A stretch of 64,000 nt of DNA, taken from assembly GCA_965206165.1 (NCBI GenBank), contig OZ242194.1:367451-431450 (forward strand), read 5' to 3'. This DNA is from Acidimicrobiales bacterium (lineage in GTDB: Bacteria > Actinomycetota > Acidimicrobiia > Acidimicrobiales > CATQHL01). Position numbers and translations under genes: made by a program. The notes beneath the pieces are model-generated. The model made no database searches and was not told the DNA's origin. It was given only the letters and a program-made list of their open reading frames with translations. Of the stretch, positions 46,906 to 55,476 are shown piece by piece; position 1 is the first letter of the stretch; the number at the start of each line of letters is the position of its first letter.

Positions 46906-48117
46906 TCAGAGTACACTGTCCTTGTCGACAGCTTGGGCTGGCGCACCGAATGTGAGTATGGTCTCCGTCCGCATACGGCGCGCTAGCGAGGACGTGCTTG
47001 CGGAAGGTGGCGGAAGATAGCGTCTCGTAGGCGGTAGGTCTCGCTCGAAGCGTTCAGTCAGCAACAATCCGTGCCTGCATGCTACCGTCGCCACAATCGC
47101 TGCATTGTCAACCGCAACTCCGCGAATGGATGAGTTGCCAATGATGAAGACCGCGCGACCGTTCTCTTCTAGGACGCGGGAAGTTTCTGCAAGTACCATG
47201 TCCATGTCTCCAGCAAAGCGACGGAGCATGTTCCGAGAACGTCCAGGTAATGCTTCGACATTGCGGCAACTTCGTAGAATCTGCTCTACGCAGTCATGGT
47301 CGTAGTCCTGCGTTGGCGCTCGCTCAGCTCCGATGCTCGCTGAACGAATACGCCGTAGACCATCCAAGGGCTCTCCAAGCCAGATCAGTGCTAGGCGATG
47401 ACCGCGCAGGTAGTCGATAGCGTTGAGGTACGGTGGTGATGTCACCACCGCAGCAATGCTGCCGTTTTCGATATCGGCTAGGTTCCTTGCGTCGCCAAGT
47501 CGGACAGAAGAATTCGAGCCACATGGAACATCAATAGCAGCGACAATCTGTTCTACAGATGGGATGAAAGCGTCGAGAACATCGAAGCTACTTTGATCCC
47601 AAACTCGGTGAGGCCGACTATGTGCGGTATCACGTGCCAATGAAGCGCCGGGCTCCTTGCGGATGATCAGACGGCTGAGGGCTAGTTTCAGCAGATCGCT
47701 AGTTGCGCCATGTTCAGTGAGCAGTGCCAAAGCAAGGGCACGCAACTGCTGTTCTTGCTTGGACGCAAACCAGAAGCGTACGAACGCCGTCGCCTGGGGG
47801 TTGTTGTCAATGGCCGGCAACGAGAGGGCGCCATATCCAAGCAGCTCGTGCGCTCGCTTGAGCGTTGCTATCGCGGCATCTCTGACGGCCGTCAGATCCG
47901 GCTTCGTGGTCGCGACCCTAGACATAAGCACCGCGAGCGGATCGATGTCTCTACCAGTGGCCGCGAGGCCTTGACGTAACGATTCGGTAAGGACGGTGCC
48001 GGATCCACACATCGGATCAAGTACGCGAGCACCCGGGCGGACTCCCTGCAACGCGTCCAGCGCTAGTTGCGGGGCCATCCGAGCCGGGAACGGATGTACA
48101 TAGCGAGTGGCCATCAC
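46906..48117 (-). CDS. DNA methyltransferase (N6A or N4C class)
   Basis: AdoMet motif VLDPMCGSGT near the N-terminus and catalytic TSPPY (VVTSPPYLNAIDY). The start overlaps the stop of the upstream GHKL gene (GTGATG). Confidence 0.8.
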   Translation of the reverse strand: MMATRYVHPFPARMAPQLALDALQGVRPGARVLDPMCGSGTVLTESLRQGLAATGRDIDPLAVLMSRVATTKPDLTAVRDAAIATLKRAHELLGYGALSLPAIDNNPQATAFVRFWFASKQEQQLRALALALLTEHGATSDLLKLALSRLIIRKEPGASLARDTAHSRPHRVWDQSSFDVLDAFIPSVEQIVAAIDVPCGSNSSVRLGDARNLADIENGSIAAVVTSPPYLNAIDYLRGHRLALIWLGEPLDGLRRIRSASIGAERAPTQDYDHDCVEQILRSCRNVEALPGRSRNMLRRFAGDMDMVLAETSRVLEENGRAVFIIGNSSIRGVAVDNAAIVATVACRHGLLLTERFERDLPPTRRYLPPPSASTSSLARRMRTETILTFGAPAQAVDKDSVL

Positions 48118-50675
48118 GTATCGGCTATCAGGGCGTGTATTTCAATCTGCAGATCGTCGGCCAGGCGCCGGTCGAGTTCGCGAATGACCTCGGCCGCAGA
48201 TTGGTCCATACGGACATAACCGTCATCCTCCACACTGAGCCAGCGTTCACCTAGGAGTTGGGCGATTGCCTCTAGTGCGGACTTTAGTCGCTCGGGATTA
48301 TGTAGCTTGAGCGGAGCGTGATTCGCTCTTGCCGCGTTCAGATGAGGCCTCGAATTTTCGTCGTGTTGCTTTTCCTTCTCGAGGGCCCGGAGAAGCTCGC
48401 CTAGAGGTAGTTCTTGCTTGGCCTCAAGGCGTTCTTGAAGCCGCTTCACCCAGTCCTTTGTCTCGGGAACCGTGTGGGCACTCTCGAAGAGATCTCTCAG
48501 TTCAGGAAACGTCAATCCGAACCTGTAATGAAGTCTCACTAAGGTTATGAGATCAATTGTCCGCAGCACTGTCACCTTGTCTCCTCTTTCAGCAACGGAG
48601 TCAATACGCCGGTTTAGTGCTCCAGCCGCATCATTCTCTGCCTCGAAGCTGTGTCCAACGACTAAACCGTACTCCGCGCTCATAGAATCGGCAAATTCGA
48701 CAATCGCCTGGACGTTCACTTTGTTGGCCGCAATTCCAGTGCTATCTGATGTCTTCGCATCGTAGACGACCGAATAGTCAAGAGTATCGTCCAATCCGCG
48801 CCCCAAACGTGCACGGATAATCCCATCGGGACGGCCTGCACCGCCGAGTGGCTCGTAGTCGAATCCAATAATCTCAAAGCCGCGCCCGACGGCGCGCTCC
48901 ATCGCAAGAGGATCTGCATTGGCAATCTGGAGGTGGCGCAGCACTGCTGCTACGTCCATTGGCTGTTCGCCTGCCAGACGGCGAAGGATGTGATCACGCT
49001 GACGGAAAATCTCATGTACTTCGTAACCGCTTAGTCCACTGCTGCGGACGAGCGCGTAGGTCATGATCTCTGACGCTGTCAGAAGCCGCGCGGGACTGCT
49101 TCCCTTAGCGTTTGCAACGATACGAGACCCAAACGGGTGATCCTTGTTTAGGTACATGATGCCTGTCGCAGAATCGTATCTGCACAGTTGCCCTTGTGGC
49201 TCATCGCGGACCACCTCAAAATCAGCAAATGTTTGCTGCCGGAGTCTCTCGTCGGTTTCCGCTAGCCACGAGTCAACTGCGGCGTCGTCAATCTCCGGTG
49301 TCTGTATGTAGTTGAAAGCCGGGCCCCCATCATGGAGGTCGCTACGAATGGCCGCTAGGAGAGGAGCGACTAGGACAGGCGATATGTCCCTTTCAAGGAT
49401 GCTGTCGATCTCGATGTCGTCAAGCTGTGTTTTGGCGTGGTTGTCATAGAACGCGCGACAAGCGTTAAAGGACTTGTGCATGTAACGCCGCAAATCTCTG
49501 ATTGGTTCTGAGTCGCGGACGCCCTCGCGCGACGATAAGAGATGATCTCTGAGGCCATCGGCATCTATCTCCATTATGAAATGCGCCCAGGCCGAATGGT
49601 TCATAGCATTAAGGCCAAATAGCTCATCGTCAAGATTGATGACCCGTCCTCGGACTCGAACGAAAAAGCCATTGCTCCGGCCATACTCAAGAGACTTGCC
49701 TCTCGTTAGCTCATCCTTGAAGATTCTTGCCTTCCCGGTTACGCTTCCGATACCAGCGATCTTGACTCCGCTGGCAGTGGTTGATAGGTTGAGATCTATC
49801 GCAGCTCTGTCGTCGGTTCCACCGACCTCGATCGTATGGAGCACTTCTCCTTGGGTCTTCGAGGGTTCTAGTCGCGTGGCATTGAGATGGATGGTGAAGT
49901 TTGATATCAAGGGAAGGCCCGTCCTCAGTACCCATCCGAGTCGGCCCTCTTGGAGCTTGTCAACCAATTCACGGAAATCAGAAAGGGCAGCAGCTGTCCA
50001 AGTGGGAGAGCTGTCGGGTCCAAAGAGACGCCCCCACATGTGCGGATCAAGCTCCTCTATTCTGCTCAATAGAACACGGGCGTCAGCCTCCGAGATGCTG
50101 TGAAGGTGCACCTTGGCAGGGTCGGACTTTGGGTCGCTCTGCCGGCCGGTAACCGTACGGAAGTTCATGTTCGCGAATCGGAACTCGCCTGCCGCGGACT
50201 TACTGATGTGGGTCAACTGCCAAGCTAAGACATATGCTGCAAGCTTTCCGATCCCGAACTGACCAATCGGAGAACGACCGTGCTGTTCATTTCCACTGGC
50301 CTTGTTCGACTCTGCAACGAGCCATAGTTGGCGGAATCCATCGTCGTCCATCCCGCACCCGTCGTCGACTACCCAGAGTACTTGGTCCTCGACATCAACA
50401 GGATCTGCGGAAGGTAGCACCACCGATACGAGCTGCGCTCCTGCATCGAACGAGTTCGCGACCAGTTCTTCAACAGCCTTGTGAGGACTCTGGTATAGCC
50501 CTTCTGAAAAGAGTCTGATGATGTCGTAGCTGATCGGGACTGGGATCTCAGTACCTTCAGTATTCTCGGCCAGGCGATGCCGGAGCTGTCGAGGTGAAGG
50601 TTGGTATTGATTCACGAGATCGTTCTCCTCTGATACGCGGAATACTTGGTGCTTCAACGTTGCCCTTGCATCCAC
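48114..50675 (-). CDS. GHKL (HATPase_c_3, MORC-like) ATPase fused to a PD-(D/E)xK nuclease-like C-terminal domain
   Basis: Bergerat N-box EELVANSFDAGA and G1 box VVDDGCGM (nt about 50346-50471), then G2-like GQFGIGKLA. C-terminal GRPDGII...YSVVYDAKTS (nt about 48750-48840) fits PD...(D/E)xK. Confidence 0.75.
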   Translation of the reverse strand: MDARATLKHQVFRVSEENDLVNQYQPSPRQLRHRLAENTEGTEIPVPISYDIIRLFSEGLYQSPHKAVEELVANSFDAGAQLVSVVLPSADPVDVEDQVLWVVDDGCGMDDDGFRQLWLVAESNKASGNEQHGRSPIGQFGIGKLAAYVLAWQLTHISKSAAGEFRFANMNFRTVTGRQSDPKSDPAKVHLHSISEADARVLLSRIEELDPHMWGRLFGPDSSPTWTAAALSDFRELVDKLQEGRLGWVLRTGLPLISNFTIHLNATRLEPSKTQGEVLHTIEVGGTDDRAAIDLNLSTTASGVKIAGIGSVTGKARIFKDELTRGKSLEYGRSNGFFVRVRGRVINLDDELFGLNAMNHSAWAHFIMEIDADGLRDHLLSSREGVRDSEPIRDLRRYMHKSFNACRAFYDNHAKTQLDDIEIDSILERDISPVLVAPLLAAIRSDLHDGGPAFNYIQTPEIDDAAVDSWLAETDERLRQQTFADFEVVRDEPQGQLCRYDSATGIMYLNKDHPFGSRIVANAKGSSPARLLTASEIMTYALVRSSGLSGYEVHEIFRQRDHILRRLAGEQPMDVAAVLRHLQIANADPLAMERAVGRGFEIIGFDYEPLGGAGRPDGIIRARLGRGLDDTLDYSVVYDAKTSDSTGIAANKVNVQAIVEFADSMSAEYGLVVGHSFEAENDAAGALNRRIDSVAERGDKVTVLRTIDLITLVRLHYRFGLTFPELRDLFESAHTVPETKDWVKRLQERLEAKQELPLGELLRALEKEKQHDENSRPHLNAARANHAPLKLHNPERLKSALEAIAQLLGERWLSVEDDGYVRMDQSAAEVIRELDRRLADDLQIEIHALIADT

Positions 50676-51351
50676 CGCTTCGTGAACGCGATTCTTGGGC
50701 TCAATGGGGAAGGGAATGAGCTTGTTTCAGGAAGCCAGTTAGCGCTCGCACGTGCTACGTGTCGATGACGTGAGCAGGTGCTCCTTTTTGGCGCGCGCTT
50801 GCGGGAGCTCAGCACTCCGAGAGGCTCGACGTCTTCCGTCGGAGTTGTCTCTTTGTTCATCGAAATCCAGTTCGTCCACGGGAGAAACGGTAGCCACTGG
50901 GGGATGATCTCGATGTTACAGTCTAGTGGGGTGCCGAACGGCGGGTTCCGCATCGACCGTGTTGTCTCGTGCAACTTCTATCACTCCAGGTGCCAATGGG
51001 GCTTTCCGACAGTTCAGCACGGGTCTGTGACAGGGTCGGACCATAGTACGTAAGAATCGCCCTAGGCGTGGTGACGTGAGTGTCTGGTGTCCGACCGGAG
51101 CGGTGGCGCGACGTCGGCAGTGTCAGAGGCGTCCAAGTCTGGTGGAGTTCTCGCCATCAGACCGGGTCATCGGTCCGTGGTCCTCGAGGGACGAGGAGTT
51201 CCGCCCACCGAGGGCCATGCCTACGACTGTCCTACAGGTAGACCCTCCCAGCTACCTCGAGGGCCCAACCGGTTAGGGGAACTGTCTGGCGGGTGGTGCA
51301 AGGCCGGGAGCGGCGGTGCGCGTTGATGCGGCGGTCGTTGGGTCTGCTTCG

Positions 51352-51878
51352 TCACGTGTGTGTGCCGAGGAAGGTGCGGAGATGGTCTGTCAGGATCTTC
51401 AGTTGGTCGATCGGGATGAGGGTTCGGCTGTCGTCGACCCACACAAGTTGGGTGTTCTTGAAGCGTTCGGCTATCCGTTCGGCGCGGGCGGGGGGCATGA
51501 GTTCGTCGTGTCGTGCCCAGACGATGAGAACCGGGCCGCCGAAGGTGCGCTGCTGGGCGGCCCACTCGAGCAGCAGCTTGGGTTTGGGGACGTTGCGGAG
51601 GTACTTGTTGAGGTCGCGGCGGACCTTGGGGTTGTCGCGCAGCGGGTGGATCCAACTCCCGAAGAAGTCGTCGGAAACCCGCCGCTTCGACAGGGCGCCG
51701 AAGGGGAGGGGGGCGTTGCAGACCACTGTGACGTGGCGCAGGTCGAGTTCGGTGAGGAACCCCGGCGATCATGGTGGCGAGCGCTGGGAGGGAGAGGGTG
51801 CAGCAGCACCACGACCGGCCCGTCGCCGCCGGTGTCGGAGTACATGAGGCCGGCGGCCGTCGGCCCCGCGAGCCGCAT
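51352..51878 (-). pseudogene. Alpha/beta hydrolase remnant (frameshifted, internally deleted)
   Basis: An N-terminal piece MRLAGPTAAGLMYSDTGGDGPVVVLLH sits in one frame (from 51878). A C-terminal piece ...GGPVLIVWARHDELMPPARAERIAERF... sits in another (51352-51726). The G-x-S-x-G elbow region is missing. Confidence 0.6.
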
Positions 51879-51961
51879 CGCCCTACACCGTTGACAGTCG
51901 CGAGCCCGAGCCGCCGCGACGACCGCCACCGCTTCTGGGCCTCAACGGCAAATCCGCGGGG

Positions 51962-52282
51962 CTAGATGTCGAGGGCCGGCGCGTCACCGCCAACCCCTGG
52001 GCCGGGGACGTCCGGGCGGGCCTGCAGCGCGGCGGCGAGATCGGGTACTGAGACAGTGATGGCGTCCCACACCAGATCGGGGTCCACCTTGAAGTAGGAG
52101 TGGGCGATGAAGTCGCGCATGCGCCTCGCGCCGGCGAGATCGAGTCCGGGGAGTGCGGCCACAAACCGTGCGGAGAGGTGGCCGGCGGCCTCCCCGATGA
52201 TCTCCAGGCGGCGCTCTGCGATGTCGCGCTGGCGCCAACCCGTGTCGAAGGCCTCGCGGCCCTCGGCGACGATCTCCGCCAA
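51962..52282 (-). CDS. hepT: HepT-like (DUF86) ribonuclease toxin, N-terminally compromised
   Basis: R-x(4)-H-x-Y motif (RMRDFIAHSY). The longest ORF starts at TTG 52282. Upstream in-frame sequence (ARRDAERVEHILDAVAK) is cut off by TAG at 52334-52336. Confidence 0.65.
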   Translation of the reverse strand: MAEIVAEGREAFDTGWRQRDIAERRLEIIGEAAGHLSARFVAALPGLDLAGARRMRDFIAHSYFKVDPDLVWDAITVSVPDLAAALQARPDVPGPGVGGDAPALDI

Positions 52283-52344
52283 CTTGGCGACCGCGTCCAG
52301 GATGTGCTCGACCCGCTCGGCGTCGCGGCGGGCCTAGCGGTCGG

Positions 52345-52635
52345 TCACAGTGCGATAGCCGCGCGAAACATGTCCGCGTGCTTCGGCTCGAGGCTCCCGG
52401 TGGAGATCACGTCCACATCGACGCCCAGCATCTCCTCGAGGGCGAGTTCGAGGTGCGCCAGATCCAACAGCGAGGCACCCTTGGCGGACGTCACCAAGAA
52501 GTCGTAGTCACTGTCCTCGGTGTCCTCGGCACGGGCCACCGAACCGACCAAAGCAATCGAGGTGGCCTTGTTCGCGGCGGCCGCGGCCACGATGGGCTCG
52601 CGGTGTTCGCCAAGGACGCGGTCGCGACGGGTCAT
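52345..52635 (-). CDS. mntA: MNT-type nucleotidyltransferase antitoxin
   Basis: GSVARAEDTEDSDYDFLV matches the G-S-x(n)-D-x-D minimal nucleotidyltransferase motif. 96 aa, directly upstream of hepT. Confidence 0.8.
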   Translation of the reverse strand: MTRRDRVLGEHREPIVAAAAANKATSIALVGSVARAEDTEDSDYDFLVTSAKGASLLDLAHLELALEEMLGVDVDVISTGSLEPKHADMFRAAIAL

Positions 52636-52862
52636 AACCCCATGGTACCCATGGTCCCGCCACCGATCCCGTGGCGGCGGTCGATGTTCGGCGAGGCGCG
52701 GTGGTGTGGCACATGTCGCGGTGTGAGCGCTCGGCGCAACTTGCGGTTGTGGCGCAGCGGATGGATCCAGCTCCTGAACAGGTCGTCGAGAACCCGCCGC
52801 TTCGAAAGGGTGGAGGTCCCCCAGCGGAAGCGCGCAGTGGCTTCTCGGCGATAGCCGACCCT

Positions 52863-53000
52863 CCCCCTCGAATTGGGGGCGAATAGAGAGGGTATTGGGA
52901 GAGCGAGGACTGCCTACGACGTGAAACCGCAGGTCAGAGGGGTTTCACCGGGCCAATACACCCCCCTCGAATAGAACGCGGATAGAGAGGTCTTGCGCCG
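52863..53000. repeat. Partial copies of the 88-bp repeat family (left flank of the AlbA_2 gene)
   Basis: ccccctcgaattgggggcgaatagagag...gaaaccgcaggtcagaggggtttcaccgggcc (52863-) and the terminal variant cccccctcgaatagaacgcggatagagaggtcttgcgcc (52961-). Homologous to 54650-54950. Confidence 0.75.
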
Positions 53001-53251
53001 AAGGGCAAACCCGGGACGATGCACTGCTGGCAATCTCGCAGGCCGTTGAATCGAGCACGAATTGAACGGCTGGCTATTGCCAACGACGCGAAACCGCAGT
53101 GCGGCAGGTTCAGGCATCTCCCCCGACTTGAACGCCAATGGAGCGGTGGGCTGGGTTGGATCGGCATCGCCGAGCCCTGTGCGGCCCTTGCAGGGAGCGG
53201 ACTCGAGTTGTATTCGCCCCTCAGCATCTCTGCCCCGGCGATACTGGAGTC

Positions 53252-54664
53252 ATGACAACGTCCGACGAGGTTGCTCTGCTGGCGGCGGCGGGTGAATCCG
53301 AGACCATCGAGTTCAAGGCCACGACAGGCCAGCGAACCGAGGCGGCGCGGACCTTGTCGGCCATGCTGAACGGCCGGGGTGGACGGGTGCTGTTTGGTGT
53401 GCAGCCCGGGGGCCATGTGACCGGCCAACAGGTGGCCGACAAGACACTGCAGGACGTGACGCAGGCATGCCGGGACATCCACCCGTGGCATCCGCCGTCG
53501 ATCGACCGTGTCCCCTTGCCGACCGGCCACCAGCGAGCGGTTCTCGTCGTCACGGTCCCCGCCGGCGCCAACAAGCCCTACTCCCACAAGGGGCGCTACT
53601 ACGTGCGCTCAGGCGCGTCGACAGTCGACATGCCCGACGAGACCCAGGTGTCGCTGGTGCTCGAGCGCGCTCATGGCTGGCAGCGATGGGAGGTCGAGAG
53701 TTCGCAACGCGACCTCGACGCCATCGACGACGACGAAGTGTACGCATTCCGCAACGATGCGGTAGCCGCAGGGCGTGCCGGATTCGATGCCGACGCCTCG
53801 GTGGCCGACGTTCTACGGGCGCTGCACCTTCTCGATGCGGACGGCAAGCCGAATCGAGGTGCCGTTGCACTCTTTGGGCGGTCTGATGCGTTCTCCGGCG
53901 AGTACCCGACCCTGGGTTGCCGGCTCGTGGCGGTGGCCGGCACGGACCTCGGCGAGGAGTTCCGTGACGACGATCTCCTGGAGGACAACGCGTTCGCTTC
54001 GCTGCGCCGGGCGATGGTGTTCTGCGAAGAGCACCTTCACCGCCCGGTGCGCATCACGGGCAGGCTCCAGGCCGAGACGGGCTCGGAGATCCCGCCCGAG
54101 GTCGTGCGCGAGGCGCTCGCGAACAGCTTCGGCCACCGCGATTACGCCGTCGCAGGGCGGGTTCAGGTGCGGATCTTCTCGGATCGGCTGGAGGTATGGT
54201 CGCCGGGCAGGCTGCATTTCGGGCTCACGCCCGCCGATCTGTACGTACCCCACGGCTCGCATCCATGGAATCCCAACATGGTGGGCTGCCTGTACCGGCG
54301 TGGCATCGTGGAGCAACTCGGGTCCGGAACGCTACGCATGGCGAGAATGTGCTCCGAGGCCGGACTCGGTCGTCCGGTTTTCACCGCTGACAGCACATCG
54401 GTGACCTGCAGCGTTCCGAGGCGTGGACACTGGCTGGCGCCGGACGGGTTGAGCATTGCGGTCAGCGAGCCGGAGGCGACCGTGCTAGCGGTGCTCGCGG
54501 ACGGCCCGGCCGCGCGAGGCCAACTCGCCGCCGACGTGGGTGCCAGTGCTGCGACGATGCGGGAGATGCTGACGCACCTGCGGGAACTCGGTCTCGTGCG
54601 CGTGGAGGGCCACGGCCGGGGCGCGCAATGGCTTCTCAGCGACGGCTTGCCCCCCTCGAATTGA
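53252..54664 (+). CDS. AlbA_2 (Schlafen-like) / HATPase_c_4 / wHTH protein (often mis-annotated RecG-like)
   Basis: 470 aa from ATG 53252. N-terminal ESETIEFKATTG, central REALANSFGHRDY ... GSGTLRMARMC, and C-terminal wHTH LTHLRELGLVRVEGHGRGAQW. Confidence 0.7.
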   Translation: MTTSDEVALLAAAGESETIEFKATTGQRTEAARTLSAMLNGRGGRVLFGVQPGGHVTGQQVADKTLQDVTQACRDIHPWHPPSIDRVPLPTGHQRAVLVVTVPAGANKPYSHKGRYYVRSGASTVDMPDETQVSLVLERAHGWQRWEVESSQRDLDAIDDDEVYAFRNDAVAAGRAGFDADASVADVLRALHLLDADGKPNRGAVALFGRSDAFSGEYPTLGCRLVAVAGTDLGEEFRDDDLLEDNAFASLRRAMVFCEEHLHRPVRITGRLQAETGSEIPPEVVREALANSFGHRDYAVAGRVQVRIFSDRLEVWSPGRLHFGLTPADLYVPHGSHPWNPNMVGCLYRRGIVEQLGSGTLRMARMCSEAGLGRPVFTADSTSVTCSVPRRGHWLAPDGLSIAVSEPEATVLAVLADGPAARGQLAADVGASAATMREMLTHLRELGLVRVEGHGRGAQWLLSDGLPPSN

Positions 54665-54950
54665 GAGCGAATGGAGAGGCCGGAGACAGCCCACGACACG
54701 AAACCGCAGTTCAGAAGGGGCTCACCGGACCAGCACACCCCCCTCGAATAGAGAGCGAATAGAGAGGCCGGAGACAGCCCACGACACGAAACCGCAGTTC
54801 AGAAGGGGCTCACCGGACCAGCACACCCCCCTCGAATAGAGAGCGAATAGAGAGGCCGGAGACAACTCGCAACACGAAACCGCAGTTCAGAGGCGGCTCA
54901 CCGGGCCAGCACACCCCCCTCGAATAGAACGAGAATAGAGAAGGTCTTGT
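54650..54950. repeat. 88-bp tandem repeat, three full units plus a terminal variant
   Basis: Units start at 54650, 54738, 54826 and 54914 (exact 88-bp period). Unit 1 overlaps the last codons and the stop (54662-54664) of the AlbA_2 gene. Confidence 0.9.
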
Positions 54951-55133
54951 GCCAGCGACGCAGGCGGATTCGGTGCCCCTCCACCCAGGGAGCATCAACC
55001 TCCCCGGTCGTCACAGTTAGCGGTAGGCATCCTTGCGTGCGGCGATCCTCAGCACGACGATTCGGCAGGACCCTGACCGTGGCGTCAGCGGGTGCGGCCA
55101 AGTAGGGCGGCGGGCGACGCAGCCGCCTATTGC

Positions 55134-55442
55134 GCTGTCAGGAGAAGCCGGTGATGGCTCTCGGGTCGGCGCGGGGGTCGGCCAGTTCTAGTGGCCCCCA
55201 GGCCTCGGCCGCTACCCGGCTCAGGAAGTCGGCGATGAGGGTGTTGGAGTTGCCTGAGCGCTCCCTGAGGGGTCATGCCGAGCGCCTCCGCGAGTGTTCT
55301 CGTTGGTAGAGGTCCGTCGGGCCAAGTGCGAGTTGCGCGACGACGTCAGGGGCTCGCTGAACAGGCGGGTGCGGCTGATCTCGCCGTGCGAGCCGCCGGG
55401 GTTGGTGGCTCGGAGGCGGTCGGGGTAGGCCTCGATGCGCAC
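55134..55442 (-). pseudogene. Mosaic gene remnants: alpha/beta-hydrolase 3' end copy plus a HATPase_c_4/wHTH fragment
   Basis: 55134-55247 parallels the 3' end of gene 56760-57704 (NTLIADFLSRVAA...ITGFS*). 55322-55442 encodes RIEAYPDRLRATNPGG...LFSEPLTSSRNSHLA, like the C-terminal half of the AlbA_2-type proteins. The reading frame shifts between the pieces. Confidence 0.55.
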
Positions 55443-55476
55443 TTGAGCGCCGTGGGCGAGATGATCCTGCCAAATC

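Noticed and set aside
50654-50974. A 106-aa ORF (or an internal 68-aa MNKETTPTEDVEP... ORF) upstream of the GHKL gene, considered as a possible small regulator.
   Set aside because: It has no recognisable HTH or other motif, it overlaps the GHKL start, and it is basic and low in complexity. It cannot be supported from sequence alone.
51140-51215. A possible tRNA or tRNA-fragment (att site) near the right side of the A/T-richer segment (...gaggagttccgcccaccgagggcca).
   Set aside because: I could not fold a T-arm (no GTTCRANYC loop with complementary 5-bp stems), an acceptor stem or an anticodon arm. No cloverleaf was found anywhere in the window.
54650-54950. The regularly spaced repeats looked like a possible CRISPR array.
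   Set aside because: The whole 88-bp unit, including what would be the spacers, is conserved between units. There is no repeat/spacer alternation and there are no cas genes, so it is a tandem repeat.
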